From the NCBI RefSeq assembly GCF_028368995.1, contig NZ_JAQNDL010000003.1, positions 1,344,001-1,408,000 of the forward strand: a stretch of 64,000 nt of DNA. The letters run 5' to 3'. Shown piece by piece: positions 9,823 to 19,757 of this stretch; the first letter of the stretch is position 1; the number at the start of each line of letters is the position of its first letter. A program made the position numbers and the translations under genes. The stretch is from Nannocystis bainbridge (GTDB lineage Bacteria > Myxococcota_A > Polyangia > Nannocystales > Nannocystaceae). The notes under the pieces are model-generated. The model did not search any database. It was not told the origin of the DNA and saw only the letters and a list, made by a program, of their open reading frames with translations.

Positions 9823-10482
9823 ATGCCCCTGTCCCGCGAGCAGATCGTCCAGCGCGTCGCCCGAGAGCTTCGCGACGGCTACTACGTCAACCTCGGCATC
9901 GGCATGCCGACCCTCGTCGCCAACTACATCCCGGCCGGGATCGACGTCGTGCTCCACAGCGAGAACGGCCTGCTCGGCATGGGTCCGTTCCCGCGCGAGG
10001 ACGAGGTCGACCCCGACCTCATCAACGCCGGCAAGCAGACCATCACCTTCCAGGCCGGCGCCTCGTTCTTCGGCAGCCACGACAGCTTCGCCATGATCCG
10101 CGGCGGCCACATCGACCTGTGCGTGCTCGGGGCCATGGAGGTCAGCGAGCGCGGCGACCTCGCCAACTGGATGATCCCCGGCAAGAAGGTCAAGGGCATG
10201 GGCGGCGCCATGGACCTGGTCGCCGGCGCCCGCCGCGTCATCGTCTGCATGGAGCACAACAACAAGGACGGCGAGCCCAAGCTGGTCAAGTCCTGCGCCC
10301 TCCCCCTCACCGGCAAGGCCGTGGTCCACGAGGTCGTCACCGACCTCGGCTACTTCAAGACCGGACCGAAGGGCCTCGTCCTCGCCGAGATCGCGCCCGG
10401 GCACACGCTCGACGAGGTCCGCGCCCGCACCGGCTGCGAGGTCCACGTCGAGGGCGAGCTGGCCACCGTCGCGGTCAACTGA
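9823..10482 (+). CDS. scoB: 3-oxoacid CoA-transferase subunit B
   Basis: [19 protein letters not shown] (catalytic Glu), [22 protein letters not shown]. Confidence 0.95.
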   Translation: MPLSREQIVQRVARELRDGYYVNLGIGMPTLVANYIPAGIDVVLHSENGLLGMGPFPREDEVDPDLINAGKQTITFQAGASFFGSHDSFAMIRGGHIDLCVLGAMEVSERGDLANWMIPGKKVKGMGGAMDLVAGARRVIVCMEHNNKDGEPKLVKSCALPLTGKAVVHEVVTDLGYFKTGPKGLVLAEIAPGHTLDEVRARTGCEVHVEGELATVAVN

Positions 10483-10672
10483 GCACCTGGTCGCTGCGAC
10501 ATCCGCTGAAGGTCGCGGCCGCCAGCGCACCCTCGACCCGCTGACGGATCGACCGTTATCCGGCGCGCGCTCGCCTCCGCCGTCGCGCCGGCCTGCGAGC
10601 GCGCTCCCCGTCCACGCGCCCCGCTTCGCCGGCCGTTTGCGAGCCGCGCGCGTCATGCTCTACGGTGGCGCG

Positions 10673-12331
10673 ATGGCTCGTTCGCTCGTGCTCGCCGCCC
10701 TGAGTCTGCTGTCCGCCTGCGGCGACCCGGTCGCCGAGGACAGCGCCACGAGCACCGGGACCACCGGGACCACCGGCGCGTCGGAGTCGATGAGCACGAC
10801 CTCGGTCGGGACCGACGGACCCGCGACCACGGACGAGCCGACCGGCGGCACCGCGGGCACCACGGCGTCGACGACGACGAATACGGACACCGCCACGTCA
10901 GACACCGATGCACCGGCGATGGACTGCTACGAGGGCAGCATCGTCACCGCGGTCGCCGAGCTGAGCGCGGAGCGGTTGGTGGGGAAGAACTGCATCCTCG
11001 GCGACGTGTGGATCGTCGAAGGCACCGGCCCCGACCTGTGGTTCTTGAGCGAGATCCGCTCGATCGGCGGCTACTTCAAGATCCAGGGCCCGCACGAGAT
11101 CGTCAGCCTCCACGGGCTGGAGAAGCTCGAGTCGGTCGGCGGCTCCATGTATATCGCCGAGACCCCCGAGCTGCAGGACGGGAGCGCGCTCGCGGGGCTG
11201 GTGTCGGTCGGCGGCCCCCTCGAGATCCGGGGCGCGAACAAACTGGAGACCCTGGACCTCGGCTCCTTGACCACGGTGAACGGCGACCTGCGCCTGTCGG
11301 CGGGGCTCGCGTCGCTCGACCTGACGGCGCTGACGAGCGTGCCCGGCGACCTCGTGCTCGAGCACACCCGCTTGACCGACCTCGCCGGCCTCGCCGCGCT
11401 CACGTCGATCGCGGGCCTGCGGCTCGCGGACAACGCCGAGCTCGTCGACCTGAAGGGCCTGGACGTCGTCGTGCAGCCGGACGCGCTCCTGGAGATCGAG
11501 CACAACCCGGTCCTGGTCGACCTGGACGGCCTGTCGGGCCTGACGACGCTGAGTCGTCTGGAGGTGCGGAGCAACCCGGCGCTGACGAGCCTGGCGCCGC
11601 TCGCCGGCACGTCGGTGGCGCACGCGTTGATGATCGTCGGCAATACGAAGCTCACCGCCTTGCCCCCGCTGCAGGGCGAGGTCGGCCTCCTCGACGTCAG
11701 CAGCAACGCCGCGCTGCTCGGCCTCGCAGGGCTCGAAGACGTCGCCACGACCCACGAGCTCAGGATCGACGGCAACGAATCGCTGACCGACCTGCAGGGC
11801 CTCGCCGGCGTCAGCGCCGAGCTCCAGAGCATGGCGATCACCCACAACCCTGCGCTAGCGACCCTCGCCGGCCTGTCCGCCGTCACGAGCGCGCTCGAGG
11901 TGAAGATCGTCGGCAACCCGCTGCTCGCGTCGCTGGAGCCGCTGAAGAGCTTGCAGTCGGTATCGTGGTTGACGCTCGCGCAGACCCAGGCCGCGGCGCT
12001 GCCGGCGTGGCAAGACCTGACGAGCCTGGGCACCCTCGTCCTCACCGACAACCTCGCGCTCGCGTCGCTGAAGGGGCTCGAGAACCTGGCCAGCGTGGAC
12101 TCCTTGCACATCGGCCAGAACCCGCTGCTGACCACGCTGGCGCCGCTGCAGGACGGCGCGCTGATCGAGGTCGGCCAGGCGTACGACGTCTCGGGCAACC
12201 CGAAGCTGCCGAGCTGCCTGGCCAAGGCGCTCTACGACTCGCTGCAGTCGCCGCCCGCCGATTTCTGCTACGACAACATGGACGACGCGTGCAGCGGGCT
12301 CGGCGGCTGCGTGATCCTGCCGATGCCCTGA
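10673..12331 (+). CDS. Lipoprotein with receptor L-domain/leucine-rich repeats
   Basis: LLSAC lipobox, Thr-rich linker, repeated L.I..N..L..L.GL..L motifs, C-terminal NPKLPSC cap. Confidence 0.88.
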   Translation: MARSLVLAALSLLSACGDPVAEDSATSTGTTGTTGASESMSTTSVGTDGPATTDEPTGGTAGTTASTTTNTDTATSDTDAPAMDCYEGSIVTAVAELSAERLVGKNCILGDVWIVEGTGPDLWFLSEIRSIGGYFKIQGPHEIVSLHGLEKLESVGGSMYIAETPELQDGSALAGLVSVGGPLEIRGANKLETLDLGSLTTVNGDLRLSAGLASLDLTALTSVPGDLVLEHTRLTDLAGLAALTSIAGLRLADNAELVDLKGLDVVVQPDALLEIEHNPVLVDLDGLSGLTTLSRLEVRSNPALTSLAPLAGTSVAHALMIVGNTKLTALPPLQGEVGLLDVSSNAALLGLAGLEDVATTHELRIDGNESLTDLQGLAGVSAELQSMAITHNPALATLAGLSAVTSALEVKIVGNPLLASLEPLKSLQSVSWLTLAQTQAAALPAWQDLTSLGTLVLTDNLALASLKGLENLASVDSLHIGQNPLLTTLAPLQDGALIEVGQAYDVSGNPKLPSCLAKALYDSLQSPPADFCYDNMDDACSGLGGCVILPMP

Positions 12332-12492
12332 GCTGCGCGTCGCCGAGCTCGGGCCGCAGCGAGGTGCTCGCGACCGGTGGTCATACCAATGCCTTCAAAG
12401 ACATGTCTTGAGAGACATTATGATCACACCGACGCGCACCGCGGTCGTTCGCGGCGGCGGCAGCCTCGGGCTCGCCACCGGCGATCCAGCGC

Positions 12493-13404
12493 TCACGGCA
12501 GCGCGCACACGCCGACGTTCTCCAGGCCCACCGGCGCTTCGCCCGGGTCGTAGTACGGCCGGCATTGCTGACCGACCCCCGGGCAGGCGGGGTTGTCCAG
12601 GGCGCAGTACGGCGAGCAGCAACCCGGGCCGTCGCCGCCGCCGATGCACTCCACGGCCGCGTCTTCATCGACGCAGTTCAGCCCGGGCGCGCACTGCCAG
12701 TCGCCGCCGCAGCCCTCGAACAGCTGGTTGGCCGGCAAGTCCGAGACCCCCAGGCACACGAAATCGACGCCGGCGTACTGGCAGGTGTCGCCCGCGGGGC
12801 AGCTCGGCAGCAGCGGATCGCAGTGCGGCACGCACAGCGGGATCTCGTGATAGCCGAAGCACGCCGACGCGCTGTCGCACAGCGGCTGACTCGAGCTGCC
12901 CTGACACATCACCGCGCAGGTGCCGGTGCCGGTCTGCGGATCGGCGTGGTCGCAGAACAGGCCGACGTCACAGGTATCGGGCCCCAGGTGGCCGAGGACC
13001 AGCTGCTGACACGATTCGCCGGCCTGGTCCGGCTCGGCGACGATCGATGAACAGACGATGCTCTCGCTGTCGAGCGGAGGCGGGCCCTCGGCGCTGCACT
13101 TGAACCCGCTCTCGCAGTCCTGGGCGTAGACGTCGCACGCGGCCGGCGGACCCGGCGGGACGACGAACACGGCCCCGGTCGGGTCGTCGCAGGTCGTGCA
13201 CGTGGAGCCGGAATCACCGCTGATGGCGCCGGTCGAGCCGTCGCTCGCGGTGCCGGTGGAGTCCGGGGTCGGGTCGGTGGTGGTGGTGCTCGCCGGCCCC
13301 GACATCGAGCCGCCGCTGCCTCCGCCGGTGAGGATCGGATCGAGGACGCCAGGGTCACAGCCGAACAGGGCCAGGACGAACAAAAAACGGGTTGAGACTC
13401 GCAT
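12493..13404 (-). CDS. Cys-rich lipoprotein (myxobacterial family)
   Basis: LALFGC lipobox; CDVYAQDC...KC...CDPLLPSCP...CCSPYC...VGVC. Confidence 0.85.
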   Translation of the reverse strand: MRVSTRFLFVLALFGCDPGVLDPILTGGGSGGSMSGPASTTTTDPTPDSTGTASDGSTGAISGDSGSTCTTCDDPTGAVFVVPPGPPAACDVYAQDCESGFKCSAEGPPPLDSESIVCSSIVAEPDQAGESCQQLVLGHLGPDTCDVGLFCDHADPQTGTGTCAVMCQGSSSQPLCDSASACFGYHEIPLCVPHCDPLLPSCPAGDTCQYAGVDFVCLGVSDLPANQLFEGCGGDWQCAPGLNCVDEDAAVECIGGGDGPGCCSPYCALDNPACPGVGQQCRPYYDPGEAPVGLENVGVCALP

Positions 13405-13461
13405 GCGCAGAGGGTCGTGCGAGCCCCTCCGGACGGCTCAGTTGTTTTCGCCCGCGAGAAA

Positions 13462-13504
13462 TACGAAGCTCTTCGTTGACACTACGAAGATCCTCGTACA
13501 TCAT
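13462..13504 (+). promoter_or_regulatory. Sigma70-like promoter overlapped by two TACGA-N6-TCGTW palindromes (putative BlaI operators)
   Basis: TACGAAGCTCTTCGTT (13462-13477) and TACGAAGATCCTCGTA (13483-13498) flank TTGACA (13476-13481); CATCAT lies 17 bp downstream. Confidence 0.7.
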
Positions 13505-13512
13505 CCCGAGCG

Positions 13513-13896
13513 ATGCCACCGCCGCGCCCGACTGACGCCGAGCTTTCGATCTTGCGGGTGTTGTGGTCGACCGGGCCGGCCACCGTGCGCACCGTGTTCG
13601 AGGCGCTGCAGGCCGAGCGGGCGGTCAACTACACCACCGTCCTCAAGCTGCTGCAGATCATGACCGACAAGGGGCTCGTCACCCGCGACGAGAGCGCGCG
13701 CAGCCACGTCTACGTGCCCGCGCAGGCCGAGGCCGAGACGCAGGGGTCGCTCGTGCGCGACCTGCTCGACAAGGCCTTCGCCGGCTCGACGTCTCGCCTC
13801 GTCATGCGCGCGCTCGAGGAGCGGCCGGCCAGCGCCGACGAGCTGGCCCAGCTGCGCGCTCTGCTGGCGCGGCTCGAGCGAAAGGACGGGCCATGA
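13513..13896 (+). CDS. BlaI/MecI/CopY family transcriptional repressor
   Basis: PTDAELSILRVLW...ATVRTV...YTTVLKLLQIMTDKGLV.R...RSHVY. Confidence 0.95.
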   Translation: MPPPRPTDAELSILRVLWSTGPATVRTVFEALQAERAVNYTTVLKLLQIMTDKGLVTRDESARSHVYVPAQAEAETQGSLVRDLLDKAFAGSTSRLVMRALEERPASADELAQLRALLARLERKDGP

Positions 13897-15143
13897 CCGC
13901 CGCGCTCGCCTTCCTCGGTGTCGTCATGCTGCACGCCACGTGGGCCGGCTTCGCCGCCGCCGGGGTCGCCGCGATCGCCCTGCGCCGGCTCGGCGCCGCC
14001 CGCTCGCGCCGACGCTACGCCGTCGCCCTCGCCGCCTTGCTCGCGGTCCCGGCGGTCGCGGTCCTGTGCGCCGCCGCCCCGCGCCTCGCCGCCGAACCCG
14101 ATGCGGTATCCGCCGCCCTCGCCGGCCTCGCCGCGCCTACCTCCGACTCGCTCGCCGGCCTCGCCGCGTCCGCCTCCGACTCGCTCGCCGGCCTCGCCGC
14201 GACCGCCTCCTCCAGCCTCATCCCGGCCTCGCTCGCCGGCCTCGCCCCGCCCGCCTACTCGCTCGCGCCCGCGACCCCGTGGCTCGGCCTCGCCTGGCTC
14301 CTGGGCACCGCCTGGGGCCTGCTCGGCCTCGCCGTCGCCTCCGCTCACCTCGCGCGGCTGCGGCGGCGCGCCCGGCCCCTGCCCCGCGCCCACGCCGAGC
14401 GCCTGCTCGCGCGGGCCCGCGGTCAACTCGACTACGCCGGCGCGATCGACCTCGTCATCTCGCCGGACGTCGGCGTCCCCACGGTGCTCGGCTGGCGGCG
14501 TCCGCTGTGCGCCTTGCCGGCGGCGGCGCTGACCGCCTGGCCCGGCGACGACCTCGAGTGGTTGCTGGTCCACGAGCTCGCCCACGTCCGCCGCGCCGAC
14601 ATTGCCTGGGGCTGGGCGCAGAACCTCGTCGAGGCCGCGCTCTTCTTTCACCCCGGCGCGCGCTGGCTGTCGCGGCAGGTCCGCCACGAGCGCGAGTGCT
14701 GCTGCGACGCCGCCGTGCTGGCCCGCCCCGACGCCCTCGTCCCCTACGTCCGCGCCCTCGCCCGGCTCGCCACGGCCGATCGTGCGGCGATTGGTCCGGC
14801 CCTGTCCGCCACTGGAGGAACCCTCGTGTCTCGCATCGAACGCCTCGTCGACCCCACCCTGCCGCTGCCCGCCTGCTCGCGCAGCCTCTGCCTCGCCCTC
14901 GTGCTCGCCGCGTTCGCCGGCGCCGGAGCCCTCGCCGCTTGCGAGACCGAGGAGGCCGACACCGCGCCGACCCGGCCCACCGCCGAACCGCTCGTCGCCC
15001 CGCCGACCCCGGCCGAGTCGCCGGCGGCCAAGCCCGAGAGCGAGGCCCCGATCGGGACCCCGATCCCCAGCGACATCGATCGCTACCCGATCCCCTTCAT
15101 CGAACCGCCCGAAGGCGAGGAGGAGATCGACACCGGCTGCTGA
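13893..15143 (+). CDS. M56 family (BlaR1-like) membrane metallopeptidase
   Basis: ATGA overlap with the repressor; HELAH zinc motif, FFHP, RHERECCCD; short lipobox-like acidic tail instead of a penicillin-binding domain. Confidence 0.9.
   Translation: MTAALAFLGVVMLHATWAGFAAAGVAAIALRRLGAARSRRRYAVALAALLAVPAVAVLCAAAPRLAAEPDAVSAALAGLAAPTSDSLAGLAASASDSLAGLAATASSSLIPASLAGLAPPAYSLAPATPWLGLAWLLGTAWGLLGLAVASAHLARLRRRARPLPRAHAERLLARARGQLDYAGAIDLVISPDVGVPTVLGWRRPLCALPAAALTAWPGDDLEWLLVHELAHVRRADIAWGWAQNLVEAALFFHPGARWLSRQVRHERECCCDAAVLARPDALVPYVRALARLATADRAAIGPALSATGGTLVSRIERLVDPTLPLPACSRSLCLALVLAAFAGAGALAACETEEADTAPTRPTAEPLVAPPTPAESPAAKPESEAPIGTPIPSDIDRYPIPFIEPPEGEEEIDTGC
14117..14268 (+). repeat. Intragenic ~33-bp tandem repeat (SDSLAGLAA-like units)
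   Basis: CTCGCCGGCCTCGCC recurs four times within the M56 gene. Confidence 0.7.
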
Positions 15144-15176
15144 CCGCCGCGGAGCGGTGGTCACGGCCAGGCTTCA

Positions 15177-15270
15177 GGCCATGTAGAAATAGACATGTCA
15201 CATCGGACATGTCGTAACGGGCATGTCGCAGAGAGCATGTCGTAACGAGCATGTCGTGACGGCCATGCAA
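15177..15270. repeat. 14-bp-period array of the GACATGTC / TGTCC-N4-GGACA element (7 units)
   Basis: CATG at 15180, 15194, 15208, 15222, 15236, 15250 and 15264. Confidence 0.85.
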
Positions 15271-15550
15271 AGTCGGAGCGTCGAGCGGCGCGCGGATCTC
15301 CATGCGCCATAGCGACGGCGGCGTGAAGCGTTCGCCGCGACCGCGGAGCTCGCCGGGACTCTTCTCCAGGAAAATGTCCGAGAGGACATGTCCTCGAGGC
15401 TCGGCGAGCCCGCCTCGCGCCACCAGCCGGGCACCGCGAGGCGCCCGGCGAGCTCCCGGCGTCGCCATCAGCCGGACGTCGCGGGGCGCCCGGCGGACCC
15501 GCGCCTCCCGGCGTCGCCAATGGTCGGGCGCCGCGGGGCGCCCGGCGGCT

Positions 15551-15967
15551 TCACGCCTGCACGTGGCTCGGGTCCATGTAGGCCAACTCCCAGTGGTGGC
15601 CGTCGAGGTCCGCGAACGCGCGGTAGTACATGAACCCGTAGTCCTTCGGCTCGCCGATCGCCTTCCCGCCGGCCGCGACCGCCGTGTCGGCCAATTGGTC
15701 GACCTCGGCGCGGCTGGTGGCCGACAGCGCGAACAGCCCCTCGCGGTGCGTGCGGGTGTCGCAGATCCCCTGCGGCGTGAAGTCCCTGAAGCGCTCCTCG
15801 GTCATCAGCATGAAGAACGCCTCTTCGCTGACGATCATGCAGGTGCACTTGTCGTCGGTGAACTGCGGGTTGAAGGTGAACCCGAGCTTGGTAAAAAATT
15901 CGACCGTGCGCTCGAGGTCGCGGATGGCCAGGTTGACGAACAGCTTGCGCGGGTTGGTGATTGCCAT
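15551..15967 (-). CDS. VOC/glyoxalase family protein
   Basis: AGGAGG RBS; LFVNLAIRDLERTVEFFTKLGFTFNPQFTD...YGFMYYRAFADLDGHHWE. Confidence 0.92.
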   Translation of the reverse strand: MAITNPRKLFVNLAIRDLERTVEFFTKLGFTFNPQFTDDKCTCMIVSEEAFFMLMTEERFRDFTPQGICDTRTHREGLFALSATSRAEVDQLADTAVAAGGKAIGEPKDYGFMYYRAFADLDGHHWELAYMDPSHVQA

Positions 15968-15994
15968 GGTGGTTCCTCCTTGAAGGTTCTGAAC

Positions 15995-16025
15995 TGGAGA
16001 CCGGAGCCCTTCCCTGAACTCATCG
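15995..16025 (-). promoter_or_regulatory. SigG-like ECF promoter CGATGA-N18-GTC
   Basis: Minus strand CGATGA gttcagggaagggctccg GTCTCCA, directly upstream of the VOC gene and downstream of the sigma gene. Confidence 0.7.
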
Positions 16026-16042
16026 GTCGCTCGCAAAATTTT

Positions 16043-17011
16043 TTAGGGTTCGAGGGCCGGCGGCAGGCCGAACCGCGGGAACAACGCCGCGGTGTCGAGG
16101 AACGAATTGAGGCCGACGACCTGCTCACCCGCCGTCTCGAGCACGATCAGCGCCCACGCCGTGTGACCGCCCTCGGGGCTCGGACGGTACTGCCCGAACG
16201 CCAGCGAGCCTGAGGCCGCCGTCGGCACCAGCCGCGAGCCGCGGCAGCCGCCGCCGCGGCCCGTCAGCCAGGCGCGCAGGATCGGGTGCCCGCGCAGCCA
16301 CAGCGAATACGGCGGCATCGACAGCGTGGCGTCCTGGTGGAGCAGGCTCGTCAACGCGTCCATGTCGTAGCGCTCGAAGGCGTCGACGAACCGCTCGAGC
16401 AGCTGCGACTGCGAGCTCGACAGCGGCGCTCGCTCGGTGGTCACGCCGCGGCTGGCCAGGGTCGCGCGGGCCCGCTGCAGCGCGCTGTTGACCGCCGCGA
16501 CCGAGGTCTCGAGGCTGCCCGCGACCTCGGCCGCCGGCCACCCGAGCACCTCGGTCAGCAGCAGCACCGCGCGCTGCTTCGGCGGCAGGTGCTGCAGCGC
16601 GGCGACGAAGGCCAGGCGGATGCTCTCGCGCAGGCTGGCGCGCTCGTACGGGTCGGCGTCGGCCGGCAGCACCAGCGCGTCGGGGATCGGCTCGATCCAC
16701 TGATCGCCCGGCAGGGCCACCAGGCTGTCGTCGATCGTGCCCATCGGCCCGAGCTCGACCGGCCGCCCGCGCCGCGCGCGATGGCCCAGAGCGTCGAGGC
16801 ACACGCGGGTGGCGATCCGGTACAGCCAGGTGCGCAGCGACGACCGCCCCTCGAAGCGATCGAGCGCCCGCCAGGCCCGCACCAGGGTCTCCTGCACGGC
16901 GTCGTCGGCCTCGGCGGCCGAGCCGAGCATGCGGTAACAGTGGCCGGTGAGCGCCGCGCGGTGCTGCTCGAGGTCGTGCGCCGTCGCGGGGGAGCTGACG
17001 ACTTCGTTCAT
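16043..17011 (-). CDS. ECF sigma factor with C-terminal SnoaL-like extension (SigG-like)
   Basis: [42 protein letters not shown]; [15 protein letters not shown]; D.T.SMPP..LWLRG extension. Confidence 0.92.
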   Translation of the reverse strand: MNEVVSSPATAHDLEQHRAALTGHCYRMLGSAAEADDAVQETLVRAWRALDRFEGRSSLRTWLYRIATRVCLDALGHRARRGRPVELGPMGTIDDSLVALPGDQWIEPIPDALVLPADADPYERASLRESIRLAFVAALQHLPPKQRAVLLLTEVLGWPAAEVAGSLETSVAAVNSALQRARATLASRGVTTERAPLSSSQSQLLERFVDAFERYDMDALTSLLHQDATLSMPPYSLWLRGHPILRAWLTGRGGGCRGSRLVPTAASGSLAFGQYRPSPEGGHTAWALIVLETAGEQVVGLNSFLDTAALFPRFGLPPALEP

Positions 17012-17461
17012 CGCCGCCGAGGTGTACCAGGCCCGCCGGCCCCGGCAAAGCGCCCTGAAGCCGCCGGAGACGCGGCCTTCGTCGCAACCGAGTAGCGAAC
17101 CGGAGGTCGCGGGCCCGGACTGCGAACCCCGACGCAAGCCCTCGCCGGGTGACCTCCGCTCGCGCGAGATCGCGGCGCACGGAGCCCCGGCCCCGTTCGC
17201 CGCGGGGAGCTCACGGCGCCGGGTCCAGGCGAAATCACCGCGAGCGACCGAGGCGGCGATCCACGCGCAGGCGCGGGCGGCCTCTCATCCGGGCCCCGGC
17301 CCGGGCCCGTCGCCATCACCTGGCCTTCGAGACAGCTTTTAAAACCTGCCTCTCGGGATAGGTGCGCCACACACGCAGGCGCTGCCCGGCCGCTCAGCCG
17401 GTCGCGGGGATCCGCACCTGCGCGGGCTGACCGCCGGCCTGCACCGGGCTAGATTCGTCGC

Positions 17462-18409
17462 ATGCGCCTGTTTGGCTTACTGCTGCTCGCCTCGGCCTGC
17501 ACCCTCGAAAACCCCGCGTTCTTCGTCACCGACGGCGCCAGCGGTGACCCCACGCGCCCGACCGCGACCTCGAACACGCCCACCGCGCCCGGCACCGACG
17601 CGACCAGCGAGCCGCCCGCGACCACCAGCGAGCCCATCACCACCGGCACGAGCACCGGCGGCCCCACCAGCGATCCGCCGGCCACCGCGACCTCGACCAC
17701 CGTCGACACGACCACCGACCCGACGCCGATGACCGCCAGCAGCAGCAGCAGCAGCAGCGGCGGCGACGACACCGACCCCGTGGCGTGCGGGTTCCTCGAC
17801 GTGACGGGGCCGATGCTGCCGGCGCTCCTGCTGCCGAACAAGGAGCCGCTGAACGCCGACCAGTGCGCGCAGGTGCAGATGAAGGAGCTCACCGGCAAGC
17901 TCTACGCCGGCCCCGGCGGGTTCCAGATCGAGACCCACCAGGACTGCCCGTCGCAGAACCTGCCGGGCCAGGGCTTCGCCTTCAACATCTTCATGCCCGA
18001 CCTGCCGGTCGCCCAGGGCGAGTGCGTCAAGCTCGAGCTCACGCTGCACCCCGATCAGCCGAGCTGCCTGGTGTCGTCGCTGATGGTCAAGCACCAGGGC
18101 TCACCGGTCCTCGTGGGCAGCTTCGGTCGCGCGAACTTCGGCCCCGAGGTGCCGTTCCAGCTCGGCCTGCAGCCCACCGGCACCTGCGCCTGCCCCGACT
18201 GCTGCGCGCCCGGGCTCGACCCCGACCTCTACCGCTACCAGCTGTCCGCAGGCGAGGTCGCCGAGGGCCAGACCCTGATGTTCGAGCACGGCGGCAAGCA
18301 GCACGTGTTCTCCAGCATCCGCGCCCACGTGCACGCGCCGCCCGAGTGCACCGAGCTGCCGCCGCCCGAGTGGCAGCACCTCGACTGGCTGGCGATCCGC
18401 GTCGAGTGA
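17462..18409 (+). CDS. Lipoprotein with Thr/Ser-rich linker and Cys-containing domain
   Basis: LLASAC lipobox; T/P/S linker including an (AGC)n poly-Ser run. Confidence 0.82.
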   Translation: MRLFGLLLLASACTLENPAFFVTDGASGDPTRPTATSNTPTAPGTDATSEPPATTSEPITTGTSTGGPTSDPPATATSTTVDTTTDPTPMTASSSSSSSGGDDTDPVACGFLDVTGPMLPALLLPNKEPLNADQCAQVQMKELTGKLYAGPGGFQIETHQDCPSQNLPGQGFAFNIFMPDLPVAQGECVKLELTLHPDQPSCLVSSLMVKHQGSPVLVGSFGRANFGPEVPFQLGLQPTGTCACPDCCAPGLDPDLYRYQLSAGEVAEGQTLMFEHGGKQHVFSSIRAHVHAPPECTELPPPEWQHLDWLAIRVE

Positions 18410-18412
18410 GCG

Positions 18413-19657
18413 TCAGTCGAGCGGGTGCATCGCCCCGCGGATGGTCTGGTGCACCACCTGGGCGCCGACCTCGAGCCGGCGGGCGATGTCCTCCATCACG
18501 TGCAGCTCCTCGTCGCTGACCGAGCCGTCGGCGGCGGCGACGATCGTCAAGTGCTGCACGAGCTGGGCCCGGTTGCGCAGCGGCACCTCGAGCGCGGCCT
18601 GGATCCGCCCGTCGAGGTCGCCGAGCAGCTTGGGGATGTCGGCCGGCTCGTCGGCGTGGTCCGAGCCGAGCAGGCGCCCGAGGGCGTCGAGCTCGGCCGG
18701 CTCGACCCCGCCCGACGCGGCCGCCACCGCCAGCCCGGCGGTGTAGAGCAGCCGCCGCAGCGTGTCCGAGGTCTGGCTCTTCTCCTCGAGGTACGACGGC
18801 TCCATCAGCTGCAGGTCGCGCTCGATCACCTGCTCGACGTCCTCGAGCTGCCACGCGCTGTCGGTGCTGCGCCCCAGCGCCTGCAGGTACGGCTCCGAGC
18901 GGCTGAACGCCCACACCGCGCGCACCCGCACCGGGTTGTACGGGTGCGTGCTGAAGCAGTCGAGGGTGTCCTCGTCGTACTCCTTCTCGCGCGCCTCGGG
19001 GGCCGAGGCCAGGCTCTCGACCTGGCGGGCGAAGGTCGCCAGGTCGGGCCGCACGCGCTCGCTGGCCATGCCGCTGGCGAGCTTGAAGAAGCCGCTGGCG
19101 GCCGCCTCCGGGTCACCGGCGCACAACAGGCCGATGCGGTCGGCCGACAGCTCGGCGCTGCGACACCACGCGTAGAGCCGCAGCGACGTCGCCCGCGACA
19201 CGAACGGGATCCCGAGCTCCTCGATGGTCGCGGTGATCGGCATCGGCAGCCCGTAGTGATCGAACACCGCGTGCCCGAGCTCGTGGCCGATGACGAACCG
19301 CAGCTCCGCCGGCGTGAACACCTCGAGCAGCCGGCTCGACAGCGTCAAGATCGTCGGGCCCTTGATCTCGCGGTAGCAGGTGGCGTTGAACTGGTGCTCG
19401 GGGGTCACGTAGACCTCGACCGGCGTCTCGTAGCCGAGCATCTCCTTGCACTGCGTGACGGTGTCGGCGATCTCCGGCGACATCGAGCGCGTCAGCCGGA
19501 GCGTCGAGCTGAGCAGGTTGCGCCGGTAGCCGTAGCCCTTGCCGCCGCGCCACTCGCGGAGCTTGGCCAGGGCCTTCCGCACCCCGAAGTCCTGCATCAC
19601 GTCGTCGCGCAGCTGCTGCTCGCGCCGGACCTGGAACTGCCGCGGATCAATGCGCAT
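18413..19657 (-). CDS. M48 family Zn-metalloprotease fused to C-terminal TerB-like domain
   Basis: ELRFVIGHELGH, W.R.AELSADRIG, STHP; tail with AVAAASGGVEPAEL and IVAAADGSVSDEE (TerB-like ADG motif). Confidence 0.88.
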   Translation of the reverse strand: MRIDPRQFQVRREQQLRDDVMQDFGVRKALAKLREWRGGKGYGYRRNLLSSTLRLTRSMSPEIADTVTQCKEMLGYETPVEVYVTPEHQFNATCYREIKGPTILTLSSRLLEVFTPAELRFVIGHELGHAVFDHYGLPMPITATIEELGIPFVSRATSLRLYAWCRSAELSADRIGLLCAGDPEAAASGFFKLASGMASERVRPDLATFARQVESLASAPEAREKEYDEDTLDCFSTHPYNPVRVRAVWAFSRSEPYLQALGRSTDSAWQLEDVEQVIERDLQLMEPSYLEEKSQTSDTLRRLLYTAGLAVAAASGGVEPAELDALGRLLGSDHADEPADIPKLLGDLDGRIQAALEVPLRNRAQLVQHLTIVAAADGSVSDEELHVMEDIARRLEVGAQVVHQTIRGAMHPLD

Positions 19658-19757
19658 CACTCCACCTCTCGCCTCACACCTGTCTTCACGAACGAAACGC
19701 GCCGCCCGGACCGCCACGCGGCACCGGGTCGGCGCGCCTCGCTACCTGCTCACGCGA

